From Polyangiales bacterium (GTDB lineage Bacteria > Myxococcota_A > Polyangia > Polyangiales > Houyiibacteriaceae), in NCBI GenBank assembly GCA_045106895.1, contig JBGCFM010000036.1, positions 1 through 41,532 of the forward strand: a stretch of 41,532 bases of DNA, in the 5' to 3' direction. The position numbers and the translations under genes are program-made. The notes under the pieces were generated by a model, which was not told the origin of the DNA, made no database searches, and worked only from the letters and a program-made list of their open reading frames with translations. This document shows, one piece after another, positions 27,059-36,337 of this stretch. Numbering within the stretch: the stretch's first letter is position 1; the number at the start of each line of letters is the position of its first letter.

Positions 27059-28162
27059 CTACGCCAGCTCGCTCAGGCGTGCGTCGTACTCAGAGGCGAG
27101 GACGGACCAGTCGTAGCGCGAATAATAGGGCGCAATAGACTGGCGTTCGGCGGCGGTGAAGCCGCCCGAACGGACAGCCTGCGCGAGGAGTTCCATGCGT
27201 CCGCTCGCGCTGTCATAGAGCTGGCGCGATGCGCTCTGAGGCTCGAGAAGCTCCGGGTAGGCCAAGCGATTCGGCAACACGCCCATCGCGCCGCCACGAA
27301 GAGCTTCCATGACGGCGATGCCGAAGAACTCGTGGCGTGCGGTACTAAGGACGATGTCGGCGCGCCGCACAAGGGCAGCGTACTCGGTCTCGCTTGCCCA
27401 CCCGAAGTGCACGACCTTCGGCCCTAGGAGCGCGCGAACCTCTTCGAAGAGCGGGATGCGTGGATTCGGGCGACCGCCGCAGATGGCGACGCGAAAATCG
27501 AAGTCCGTCTCGCCCAAGCTCCGCTCATGAAGCTCCGCCAACGCGTGCAGCATCGCTTCGGGGTTTTTGTCGTGACGCCAGCGTTGGTTCCACAAGATGA
27601 GCGGCGGGCCGTCGTTCTCGGAGAGACCAGGCGAGATATCGACGTCGACACCGACGTGGAGCACGGAAGACTTGGCGCGGACGTCGCACACAAAACGTGC
27701 GTGGTCGAAGTCTGGCGCCGCCGACACAAAGTCTGGCAGCGCCGCGAAGAGCGAGTCGCGGTGGTAGACGCTGTTGAAGAAGACATGGTCTGCGCAGAGC
27801 ATCGCTTTCCACTGCGTCATGCCCGCGGCGTGGCTGCGAGAGCCTTTCGCGGTGACCGGGTAGGTGAGCTGGTTCTCGTGCATGTAGAGAACCTGCGCCA
27901 CCCCGGCGAAGCGCCTTCGCGTGAGCGCGGAGAACGTGGCGAGATCGAGCATGCTCGTCGCCAGGATGAGGTCGGGTTTGTACTCGCCCGGGAGCGCGAG
28001 GGCTTTCTCCGCGAGGTCTGCGGCTCCGCCTAGCATGCGCCAGTGCCAGTGCGAGTCTGGGAGGGTCAGCGTGAGGAACTCGTGGGCGGAGTGCGCGCTG
28101 AGCCCCGCCGCCCACGCCCCGTGTGAGCCCCCGTGAAAGGGCGATAGAAGGAGGATGCGCAT
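27059..28162 (-). CDS. GTDC1/QTMAN-like (DUF3524) GT-B glycosyltransferase
   Basis: Motifs MRILLLSPFHGGSH, WHWRMLG, LYMHENQLTYP, FNSVYH, WNQRWRHDKNP, STARHEFFGIAVMEA and PNRLAYPEL. Confidence 0.9.
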   Translation of the reverse strand: MRILLLSPFHGGSHGAWAAGLSAHSAHEFLTLTLPDSHWHWRMLGGAADLAEKALALPGEYKPDLILATSMLDLATFSALTRRRFAGVAQVLYMHENQLTYPVTAKGSRSHAAGMTQWKAMLCADHVFFNSVYHRDSLFAALPDFVSAAPDFDHARFVCDVRAKSSVLHVGVDVDISPGLSENDGPPLILWNQRWRHDKNPEAMLHALAELHERSLGETDFDFRVAICGGRPNPRIPLFEEVRALLGPKVVHFGWASETEYAALVRRADIVLSTARHEFFGIAVMEALRGGAMGVLPNRLAYPELLEPQSASRQLYDSASGRMELLAQAVRSGGFTAAERQSIAPYYSRYDWSVLASEYDARLSELA

Positions 28163-28371
28163 GCTAGCGGCGACCTTCGTGGCGATGCGCCGCCTCACTG
28201 CCTTTTTGTTGCCGGTGAGCCTGCACGTCGCGAGCATAGCGGATCGCTAGGACTTGTGACCCTCGCCAGGAGGGCAATGGACGACACCGCCGCTGGCCTA
28301 CCTGGACGAGCCACGTCTCAGGCAGAGGACGCGAATGATACTTCACACGCTAGGCCGATGCTTTCCTCGGT

Positions 28372-30483
28372 TTGGGGGACGCGACGAAACCGGCAAGCCG
28401 ATACGATTGGCGCTTGCGTCGCACTCAACCAACGTCGGGCAAGCGCGGCTGGGGAGCCCTCGCCTGTGGCGTGATCATCCTCGCCGGGTTTGCCGCGTAC
28501 ACCCAAGATGTGGTCCAGGACGTTTCCAATGAGAGAGAGGCGGTGACCCGGCGCGTGTCCGTGCTCATCGCACTGCAACGCGTGCAGTCCGCCTTCGATG
28601 GACTGCGTGAAGGCTCCGCCGAGCCTGCGGCTCTCGTCGAAGCGCGCGTCGCCGTAGAACGCGGGGCGGTGTCCCTCGCGGAGCTGGACGCTCTCGAGGG
28701 TGCCATCGATATGAGTCTTCGAGAGGTCACGGCGCTCGCGGATTCACGTCTCGCGGGGGAAGCCGAAGAAGACGCGGCCGCGACGGAGCACCTGGCGGTG
28801 AGTCGCGCCATCGGGGTGGTGCGTGCTGCCAACAGCGCAGGTTCGGAGCGTCTCGGCGTGAGCTGGCACCGGCTAGAGCGTTTGGCGTGGCTCAGCATTC
28901 TCTTCGCCGCGCTCATTCTGGGTCTGTTGATGCGGCTTCACCGAATCGCGCGGCGCCTCGCGTTGGCGCGGGAGACCACACGCGCGCAGTTGCTGCAAAG
29001 TGAGAGAGGTTTTCAGCGGGTCATCGAAGCCAGCCCTTATGGGATCGTGCTGCTGAAAGATGGCACAGTCGCCTACGCCAACTCCGTGGTCGGCCGAACG
29101 CTCGCGCGCCCCGGCGACGCGCTGCTGGGCCGGCGCCTGACGGAGTTTGTCATCGACGCGGAAGTGGTCCAGTCGGGCGTATTGGAAGACGGTGAGCATC
29201 GTTTTCACGCGGGCTCCGGTCATGCGCACGTCGAGGTCGTTCAGGGACCCGAGGTGCTTTTCGAGGGCGAGTCTCACCGTCTGTGTGTACTCCGCGATAT
29301 CAGTGAGAAGCGCGCGATGGAGTCTCAGCTTCGGCTCACGGACCGGCTCTCGGCCCTCGGTTCGGTGGCCGCGGGCATCGCCCACGAGATCAACAACCCC
29401 CTCGCTTATGTTCTCGCCAACGCGAACGTCTTGCGCAGCCAGATCGATGACCTGGAGCTCGGGCCCGTGGCGCGAGAGACGCTCACGGAGCTCACCGACG
29501 ACGTTCGTGAGGGCGCCTCCCGCGTGCGTGATGTCGTGCGCGGTCTGCGGACCCTCTCCCACCCATCGGATGAGGAGCTTGGGCCGGTGGATCTCGGCCC
29601 TGTGGTGGCGTCCGCCTACGCCATCGTGCACTCGGACCTCTCGCACCGCGCGGAGGTATCCGTGGACATACCGGCGTCGACGCCGACGGTGCGGGGGAAC
29701 GAAGCGCGCCTCGGTCAGGTGGTGCTCAATCTCCTCGTGAACGCGGCTCAAGCGTTCTCCGACGATCGCGGCAGCCCTGGCTGCGTCGAGGTGCGTGCGA
29801 CGCATGATGATTCTCGCGTGCGGCTCGTCATCTCCGACGATGGCCCAGGCATGTCCGAGGAGGTGCTCGCCCGCGTCTTCGAACCTTTCTTTACGACGAA
29901 GCCCATCGGCGAAGGAACGGGCCTGGGCCTCACCATTTGTCGCCGAATCATTCAGAACCTAGGCGGCGAGCTCGAGGTCAGTTCGACGCTCGGCGAGGGC
30001 ACCGTGGTGACGATTTCCTTGCAGATGGACCTCGCTTCGAAGCCCAGCGAACGTGTGCGAAAGCGCGCTCTGACCCCTGACCATTCGGCCAAGGTTCTGA
30101 TCATCGACGACGAGCCGCGCGTTGGCGCGTCCCTCGCGCGGCTTCTGCGCGGACACCGCTGCACCGTCGTCACCAGCGGCGCCGAGGGGCTCGAGCTCAT
30201 GGCGACAGAGTCCTTCGACCTAGTCTTCTGCGATCTGATGATGCCGGAGATGACCGGCATGGATGTTCATGCTGCGCTTCGCGAACAAGGCGAGCAGCAG
30301 GAGCGCTCTTTGGTATTCGTCACCGGTGGCGCCTTCACGGCGCGAGCGCGTGCGTTCGTGTCGTCGTGCTCGAACACAGTGGTGGAGAAACCCTTCGACT
30401 CGGCGTTGGTTCGCGACATTGTTCGCGACCACATCAAAGTCCCCGAGCCGCTCGCGGCGGCGGAGCTAGACCCACGCCCGTGA
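28372..30483 (+). CDS. hybrid sensor histidine kinase/response regulator (2 TM, PAS, HisKA, HATPase, REC)
   Basis: Motifs AHEINNPL, QVVLNLLVNA, DDGPGM, FEPFFTTK and GTGLGL. REC motifs LIIDDE, FCDLMMP and KPF. Start codon uncertain. Confidence 0.93.
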   Translation: MGDATKPASRYDWRLRRTQPTSGKRGWGALACGVIILAGFAAYTQDVVQDVSNEREAVTRRVSVLIALQRVQSAFDGLREGSAEPAALVEARVAVERGAVSLAELDALEGAIDMSLREVTALADSRLAGEAEEDAAATEHLAVSRAIGVVRAANSAGSERLGVSWHRLERLAWLSILFAALILGLLMRLHRIARRLALARETTRAQLLQSERGFQRVIEASPYGIVLLKDGTVAYANSVVGRTLARPGDALLGRRLTEFVIDAEVVQSGVLEDGEHRFHAGSGHAHVEVVQGPEVLFEGESHRLCVLRDISEKRAMESQLRLTDRLSALGSVAAGIAHEINNPLAYVLANANVLRSQIDDLELGPVARETLTELTDDVREGASRVRDVVRGLRTLSHPSDEELGPVDLGPVVASAYAIVHSDLSHRAEVSVDIPASTPTVRGNEARLGQVVLNLLVNAAQAFSDDRGSPGCVEVRATHDDSRVRLVISDDGPGMSEEVLARVFEPFFTTKPIGEGTGLGLTICRRIIQNLGGELEVSSTLGEGTVVTISLQMDLASKPSERVRKRALTPDHSAKVLIIDDEPRVGASLARLLRGHRCTVVTSGAEGLELMATESFDLVFCDLMMPEMTGMDVHAALREQGEQQERSLVFVTGGAFTARARAFVSSCSNTVVEKPFDSALVRDIVRDHIKVPEPLAAAELDPRP

Positions 30484-30675
30484 CTCGTTATCGCGCGTTC
30501 TCCAAAAACAAGTGGCCGTGGTCTCGCGGAACGCGCAATCTTCGACCTGCACGGGACTACGCGCAGCTGAGCACTTCAAGTTTCACATCGAGCTGACGCG
30601 ACGGGCTCAGCCACTCACGCTTCACTATCGAATCGTGGAGTCGCTCCCGACGCCATAGGCGCCGCGGCGTTCGTT

Positions 30676-31980
30676 TCAAAACTGGGATGGAGCCTGGGCG
30701 GTCGCCCCGGACCAGCTCTCTAGGGTGGCCGCGTGGAGACTGACGGGGTCTGTGGCCTCCAATCGCCGGACGGTGGCGTAGTAGAACTGCGCCCAGAGCA
30801 AGTAGAGGAAGGGCACCACGGTCACGTTGAGGGCCACCGTGAGGAAGGTCGCCATGGGTTCACCGACGATGGGAAGGAACCCGACGATGGCGACGAGGAT
30901 CGCGACGACGATGGCTGCGGGGATGAGGGAGAGCATGGTCAGGAAACCGAAGCCCACGATGCCGCCGAAGTCTTTCATGACAAGCTCGGCGGAGCGGCTG
31001 CTGATGGCGACGAACTTCTTGCCCTCGAGGAGGTATGCGGGGAGTGCGAACATGCCGACGAGGAGTCCTGGCACGATGAGGCAGATGAAGCCGAGAATCG
31101 TGAAGAACTGGGCGACGAAAACGTTCAGCCACTCTTGTACCGGGTCTTTGAGCGCTGCCTTCCAGGCTTGCTTCCAGCTGAGCTCTTTGCCTGCGGCGGT
31201 GGAGAGCGCCCAGCGGCCAAGGGCGCCGACGGAGATCGGGATGATGACCAGCTGAGCGAGCCCAACGATGATGGCGACGATGAAGCCGAGGACGGGGATC
31301 CAGCCGAGGAGCGCGTTGATGAGCGCGGCGGGGATAGCGATGAGGCCAACGGTGAGGATGCCGCTGAGGTAGTGCTTCTTGTAGCGCTCGATGGCGACGC
31401 GAAGATGGTGCATGAGCTGGTCGACGAGGCCGGCTCCGGCGGGCGGGTCGTTGGGTGCGCCTGCGGGTAAAGGGCCGGTGGGCGATGCTGGGGCGGCGCC
31501 GCCGGGGAGACCGTAGGCTGCCTGAGCGGGGGCGGCGCCGGGGAGACCGTAGGCGGGCGCCGGCTGCTGCATCGGTGCGGGCTGCTGCATCGGTGCGGAC
31601 TGCATGGGATTCGCTGGAGCTTGTGGAGCCGCCATCGGCGCCGCGTGGGCAGAGTGTGCAGGGGCTGGCGCAGCCACGTCGGGGCGGATGTCTTGGACCA
31701 TCAAGCGGCAGCCGCCGAAGCAGACCGTCTTACCGGGCTGTAGCGCGAGTGGCGCCGAAAGGCGTTCACCGCTTGGCAAGAACGATCCCGCCGGTGAGCC
31801 GGTGTCCACGTAGGTCAACGTGTGTCCGTCGAAGTGCAGTTCGCCATGAGGGTCGGCGACGAGAGGATCCAGCGTCGCGATCTCACCACGTTGCTGCCCG
31901 ATCGTAATCTTGCCTTGGTGGAAGTCGAAGAGCGCCGATGAGCCATCGTTGCGCTGCACAGAGATCGAGTAGGAGGCCAT
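30676..31980 (-). CDS. membrane protein with N-terminal FHA-like domain and Pro/Ala/Gln-rich linker
   Basis: FHA-like region ITIGQQRGEIATLDPLVADPHGEL...VDTGSPAGSF. APMQQP and AYGLPG repeats. About 5-6 C-terminal TM helices. Confidence 0.75.
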   Translation of the reverse strand: MASYSISVQRNDGSSALFDFHQGKITIGQQRGEIATLDPLVADPHGELHFDGHTLTYVDTGSPAGSFLPSGERLSAPLALQPGKTVCFGGCRLMVQDIRPDVAAPAPAHSAHAAPMAAPQAPANPMQSAPMQQPAPMQQPAPAYGLPGAAPAQAAYGLPGGAAPASPTGPLPAGAPNDPPAGAGLVDQLMHHLRVAIERYKKHYLSGILTVGLIAIPAALINALLGWIPVLGFIVAIIVGLAQLVIIPISVGALGRWALSTAAGKELSWKQAWKAALKDPVQEWLNVFVAQFFTILGFICLIVPGLLVGMFALPAYLLEGKKFVAISSRSAELVMKDFGGIVGFGFLTMLSLIPAAIVVAILVAIVGFLPIVGEPMATFLTVALNVTVVPFLYLLWAQFYYATVRRLEATDPVSLHAATLESWSGATAQAPSQF

Positions 31981-32062
31981 TGCGAACATACCTAGGGCGG
32001 ACCGGGGTCCAGAGAAAGGGGACGCAGCGAGGACTCTCACCCGCTCCGCTCCTGTTTTGGCG

Positions 32063-32260
32063 TCACGTCGTTCGGCGAAACAAGAGGCGAAGGAGCTCCC
32101 ACTTGGAGACGGTGCCGTTGTCCACAAGGATCTTGTAGGAGAGCTGCACGCATTCGTCGCAGACGTTCGCGTGGGGGCTGTGCACCAAGTATCGGCAGTG
32201 GCCGATGTTCTTTAGGCACATCGAACATCGGACGACTTCGAGGGTCTCGGCTTCAGCCAC
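32063..32260 (-). CDS. stand-alone ClpX C4-type zinc finger protein
   Basis: RCSMCLK...LVHSPHANVCDECVQLSYKIL; GTG start inferred. Confidence 0.75.
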   Translation of the reverse strand: MAEAETLEVVRCSMCLKNIGHCRYLVHSPHANVCDECVQLSYKILVDNGTVSKWELLRLLFRRTT

Positions 32261-32313
32261 GTCGAGAGCATAGTCGAGATGGCACGCTCGTCGGCGCCGC
32301 AACGCGAAACAGG

Positions 32314-33309
32314 TCACGGGGCCGCGGGCTGCGCGACCCCTTGAAACAACACGTGACGAGTCGCTTCGTCGCTGAGGCCTCGGCGCCTGGCGTCGTCCGG
32401 CGCGAGGCGGTGAAGCTCTAGGGACCACTCGAGGCTCTCCGTTGCGGGCAAGGAGAGACGTCCGCGACGCGTCTCTCTTGGCCTGATACGCGTGTCGTCG
32501 ACCTCCTCGAGTCTGTGACCACGTCCATCTTCGGTGACTCGAAACGCGAAGTAGCGGGCAAAGACCGCCTCCGCGTCTTCTTCGCCGTTCGACACGACAA
32601 ATCGCAGGGAGCGATACACGTCGCCCGTCGGAAAAGCGTGGCCAATGCGCTGAGAGGTGATGGCGAAGCCCACTTCGACTTCGTCTCCGGCGAGCGTTGC
32701 CGAGACCTGCACGCGGATGGCGTCCTGAATAAACGCGGTGTCCGCGAATCCGCGGAAGCGGTGACTGGCGTGAGCGCCGGAACTCTCGTCGGTGGGCGCC
32801 ATGTGGCAGTCAAGGCAGGTGCGGCCAAGCGCGAAGTCCGGACTCTCTTCCCATTCGCTGAAGGTCCGCTGCAGGGATTGGCCCGTTGCGTAGCGCTCAT
32901 TATCAAAGCCAAACTCGTGGCACGGTCGGCAGCTTTCCTCGTCTGGTTCTGTGTCTCCGGCCGTCGGGCCGTGTCCGATGATGGCCCCTCCTCGGGCGTG
33001 ACACGTGGCGCAGTCGATGCCTCCAGACACGCTCGCTGGCGGGTTGTGGCAGCCCACGCAGAACGCTTGGGGGTCCGGGTCGTACTCGGCACGAAAGACA
33101 GGGTCCGAGAACGCGGAGGCGTGCAACGAAGAGCGCCACTCGCTTGCGATGGCCGGGTGGCACTCCGCGCAAGCCTCGCTCGACAAGTTTTCCGGCGCCG
33201 CCGGCCACGCGGAATGGGTAGAGGCGTGCGTGCTCAAGGCCTCTTCTCCACCGGGGCACGCGACGAGGAGAAAGGGAAGCCAGCGCCAGTCCTGACGAGA
33301 GGCGCTCAC
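32314..33309 (-). CDS. pentaheme c-type cytochrome lipoprotein (c554-like)
   Basis: Five CxxCH motifs: CAECH, CVGCH, CATCH, CRPCH, CLDCH. Also GHAFPTGD and lipobox LVAC. The start overlaps the upstream stop (GTGA). Confidence 0.88.
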   Translation of the reverse strand: MSASRQDWRWLPFLLVACPGGEEALSTHASTHSAWPAAPENLSSEACAECHPAIASEWRSSLHASAFSDPVFRAEYDPDPQAFCVGCHNPPASVSGGIDCATCHARGGAIIGHGPTAGDTEPDEESCRPCHEFGFDNERYATGQSLQRTFSEWEESPDFALGRTCLDCHMAPTDESSGAHASHRFRGFADTAFIQDAIRVQVSATLAGDEVEVGFAITSQRIGHAFPTGDVYRSLRFVVSNGEEDAEAVFARYFAFRVTEDGRGHRLEEVDDTRIRPRETRRGRLSLPATESLEWSLELHRLAPDDARRRGLSDEATRHVLFQGVAQPAAP

Positions 33310-34463
33310 TCGCTTGGTACGACGGGGGCCGCTTCTGTGGGCGCCTCTGCGGGCGCCTCGGTAGACGCCTCCGTTGGCATCGGTGCGCCCTCCGCCGGTA
33401 TCGGTGCGCCCTCCGCCGGCACTTCTCCTGCCGGCGTCTCCGCCGCTGTCGGAGCCGCTTCGGCGGCCTCTTCCTCGGTCCGCCAACAGTCGCACTCAGC
33501 ATCGTAGGCACGGGAGAGGGTCACAAGCTCTCCTGTGCACTCCGCGGAGTCCGTTCTTCGGTAGTCGGTGGCGAAGAACGCTTCATCGACGGCGCAGCTG
33601 GTCCCGTCCATGCTCTCGTATTCGATCTCTTCCACAATTAGCGCCGGGTTTGGCGCCCCCTCGAAGCGGACGCGTCTCGCGTACTGTGCTTCCGTGGCTT
33701 CCAGGTCGCCGCCCCAGGAACTGAGTGGCAACGAGATCTGCTCCGTTCCATCCAAGCGAAGCACGCGGAGAATACGCCGCGCCGTGGTGAAGGTTCCTCC
33801 GCCGCGGAACGCGTCATGCTCGCTGCGAAAAATCGCGTCGTACATGAGCTCAAGCTCGCCGTCTCCGTCGATGTCGACGAGCTCAAGCTGCTTGATCTCG
33901 ATGGCCTCGGCGCACACCAAGTTGAGGTCTGTGAGCGCCTGAGGCGCGACCATCGTCAAGGCGCCGCCGTGACCCTCTGGAGTTCGCGGGCGAGGCGCAG
34001 CGAACTCCGCGGCAAAGGTCCCGTACTGGAGACAGTCTTCATCGGCTTGGCACTCGGCTCTCCCCTCGGCCCGTGTCTCGTGTCGGCCCACACACGCTTC
34101 ATGCTCGCTATAAGACATCACTCCGAGCACGCGATCGCCGCCACTTGGCAGCGCGTCATGGAGGATGTGGGGGAGGGCTACGCGCGCGCCGACGAGCTGG
34201 CGCAGCTGGTTGGAGAGTCGACGCCCCATCTTCGTCGGAAGACCTGGCTCTTCGGCTTCGGTTTCGGCTTCGGTTTCCGGTTCGTCTTGGGCCGCCTCCG
34301 GCGTTTCTTGCGTTTCCTGCGTGGAAGGGGAGGGCGGAGTCACCGACTCCTGCTCGGCAGTCGGAGCCGGGGGCACAACCTCTGCGCTCAGTGGCTCTTG
34401 AGCAGCGTCGTTACATGCGCTCGAGGTGAGAATGAGGGCGACGAGGAGGAAGCGCGCGAACAT
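33306..34463 (-). CDS. hypothetical lipoprotein with Ca-binding DxDGDG motif
   Basis: Signal MFARFLLVALILTSSAC, motif DIDGDGELE, acidic tails and a 21-bp-period repeat at 33379-33419. Confidence 0.7.
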   Translation of the reverse strand: MFARFLLVALILTSSACNDAAQEPLSAEVVPPAPTAEQESVTPPSPSTQETQETPEAAQDEPETEAETEAEEPGLPTKMGRRLSNQLRQLVGARVALPHILHDALPSGGDRVLGVMSYSEHEACVGRHETRAEGRAECQADEDCLQYGTFAAEFAAPRPRTPEGHGGALTMVAPQALTDLNLVCAEAIEIKQLELVDIDGDGELELMYDAIFRSEHDAFRGGGTFTTARRILRVLRLDGTEQISLPLSSWGGDLEATEAQYARRVRFEGAPNPALIVEEIEYESMDGTSCAVDEAFFATDYRRTDSAECTGELVTLSRAYDAECDCWRTEEEAAEAAPTAAETPAGEVPAEGAPIPAEGAPMPTEASTEAPAEAPTEAAPVVPSE

Positions 34464-34566
34464 GAGCCGAGACTGCCGTAGAAGCGGTGAAAGGACAATT
34501 GGTACACGCCAACCACCTGCGCCGGACGGCGCGACCCTGACTACAAACGTCCCCCCAATAGGGGGC

Positions 34567-35193
34567 CTACTCCTCGTCGATGCAGCCGACGATTCGGCCG
34601 ATGCAAGAGTCGATGCCAGCGCAGTTGGTACGAAGGCAGCGGCTGTAGCGCTCGAGGGTGGCGTCGCTCAGCACCGCGTAGCTGCAGTGGATTTCTTGGA
34701 ACGAACCTTCGCACTCCGTGTGCCGGTCCATGCACGTCGTGGCGAAGGCGTCGTAGGCAGGAGTGGGGTCGATATCGAAGGTGTCGATGTCAAAACAGGC
34801 GGCCTCGGAGTCGCCGCATTCTCGCGCCTCGAGGCAGAGCACGAGGGGCTCTCGAACCACGCTCCGGAGGGCGTCGACAACGCAGGTCTCGCCTTCGTCG
34901 CAATCGGCGCCGGCGCCGGTGGTCATGCACATCGTGCCGTAGTCGTTGTAGGCGTCGCAGTAGCGAGAGGCGAGGTCCATAGGGATCACGGGTCCCGTGT
35001 CCGGCGCTGATGCGTCGCGACCAGCGTCGGGATCGCCGCCGGCGTCAGACTCGCTTACATCGCCGAGGGCGCCGGCGTCGCTCGGGTCGCCTACGTCGCG
35101 TCCAGCGTCGTTGCGTTCGGTGTCCCCGGGCTCAGCCCCGCACGCGCCGAGGAGAAGGCAAGAGGCTAAGATCATTCGCGAATAAGATTGCAT
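34567..35193 (-). CDS. Cys-rich hypothetical lipoprotein
   Basis: Lipobox LGAC, DAG linker and two Cys-rich helical repeats. Confidence 0.7.
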   Translation of the reverse strand: MQSYSRMILASCLLLGACGAEPGDTERNDAGRDVGDPSDAGALGDVSESDAGGDPDAGRDASAPDTGPVIPMDLASRYCDAYNDYGTMCMTTGAGADCDEGETCVVDALRSVVREPLVLCLEARECGDSEAACFDIDTFDIDPTPAYDAFATTCMDRHTECEGSFQEIHCSYAVLSDATLERYSRCLRTNCAGIDSCIGRIVGCIDEE

Positions 35194-35296
35194 AGCTACA
35201 GGGTGCCATGTCCCTCTCACCGGGCAATGGGAGGGCCCGCCGCCGCGATGACGACGATGACATAAAAAAGTAACCCCTTTTCACGACGCGAATATG

Positions 35297-35318
35297 AACC
35301 ATACTAAGAGGTATGGTT
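35297..35318. promoter_or_regulatory. TetR-type operator palindrome overlapping the RBS and start codon
   Basis: AACCATAC-taagag-GTATGGTT, a perfect 8-bp inverted repeat spanning the ATG at 35313. Confidence 0.7.
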
Positions 35319-35765
35319 GTCCTCGCACTCCTTCTCTCCGGCGTCTTCCTCTTTCTGGCAGGGCTTCATGTCTACTGGGCCCGCGGCGGCTTTTGGCCGG
35401 GCACGGACGCTCAGTCGTTTTTGGAGCACGTCGTCGGGTCGTCGCCATCTGGCGCCACACCAAGTCCCGCGGCATGCTTGGCGGTGGCCTTCCTGCTGAG
35501 CATCGCGGCGTGCCTTCCCCTCGCCCTTGTGGGCTGGGTACAGCTTCCTTTCCTGAGTCTTCTCATCGCGGGTGTTCCTTTGGTCTTGATGGCTGGCTAC
35601 GTTTGCGGTGGCGTGCTCTTGCTCCGCGGACTCTTTGGCTACGTGGACCACCGCGTGCGACCCGCCATTCGGAAGACTCCCTTCTTCCGTCTCAATCGAG
35701 TGCTCTATTCACCCCTCTGCCTTCTTATCGGGAGCGCGATGCTCTACCTTTCCTTCCTCGCGTGA
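35313..35765 (+). CDS. DUF3995 family membrane protein
   Basis: Motifs GLHVYWARGGFWP, LLRGLFGY and FFRLNRVLYSPLCL; 4 TM segments. Confidence 0.8.
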   Translation: MVVLALLLSGVFLFLAGLHVYWARGGFWPGTDAQSFLEHVVGSSPSGATPSPAACLAVAFLLSIAACLPLALVGWVQLPFLSLLIAGVPLVLMAGYVCGGVLLLRGLFGYVDHRVRPAIRKTPFFRLNRVLYSPLCLLIGSAMLYLSFLA

Positions 35766-36310
35766 CCTACAAGAAAGCTAGCCGTGCCATGTGGCTCGAG
35801 GCGGCCCTCGATCTCCTCGAAGAAAAGGGAGAAGCGGCGCTCACCATCGCGCGCCTCTGCCGTAAGATGAGAAAGACGAAAGGCGGCTTCTATCATCACT
35901 TCGGGGATGCGGAGGGCCTGCGAGAAGCCATCCTGGACCATTGGGAAGCGGCGCACACAAGCGAGCTAATCGCCGCGGCGGAATGTGCCCCTTCCGAACA
36001 AAAGAAGGCCATCTTGGACAAGATGGCGGGCGCCGCGAACTGGGGTCATGAGCGCGCCATTCGTCGGTGGGGGTGGGCCGACAAACGAGTGCGCGCACGT
36101 GTCGCCAAAGTAGACGCGCGCCGCATTGGCTATCTGACTCAGTTCTATCCGCGCGCCGCGCCGGAGCGGCAGACGGCGCTGGCGACGCTGGAGTACGCCG
36201 CGCTCATCGGCGCCCAACACCTCTTCGACCTCGGCGATGTGGAGCGGGGTCGCGAGGGCATAGACCTGAGCGCACTCTTGCGTGAGGCGCTGAACGGAGT
36301 GCAGAAATAG
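35762..36310 (+). CDS. TetR/AcrR family transcriptional regulator
   Basis: WLEAALDLLEEKGEAALTIARLCRKMRKTKGGFYHHF; GTGA overlap with the upstream stop codon. Confidence 0.9.
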   Translation: MTYKKASRAMWLEAALDLLEEKGEAALTIARLCRKMRKTKGGFYHHFGDAEGLREAILDHWEAAHTSELIAAAECAPSEQKKAILDKMAGAANWGHERAIRRWGWADKRVRARVAKVDARRIGYLTQFYPRAAPERQTALATLEYAALIGAQHLFDLGDVERGREGIDLSALLREALNGVQK

Positions 36311-36337
36311 GAGGACTCGCGGATCCGATGGGTTGGG

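Noticed and set aside
30484..30675. Possible short ORF or gene remnant (...EHFKFHIELTRRAQPLTLHYRIVESLPTP*) between convergent genes
   Set aside because: Short, with no clear RBS or recognisable motif.
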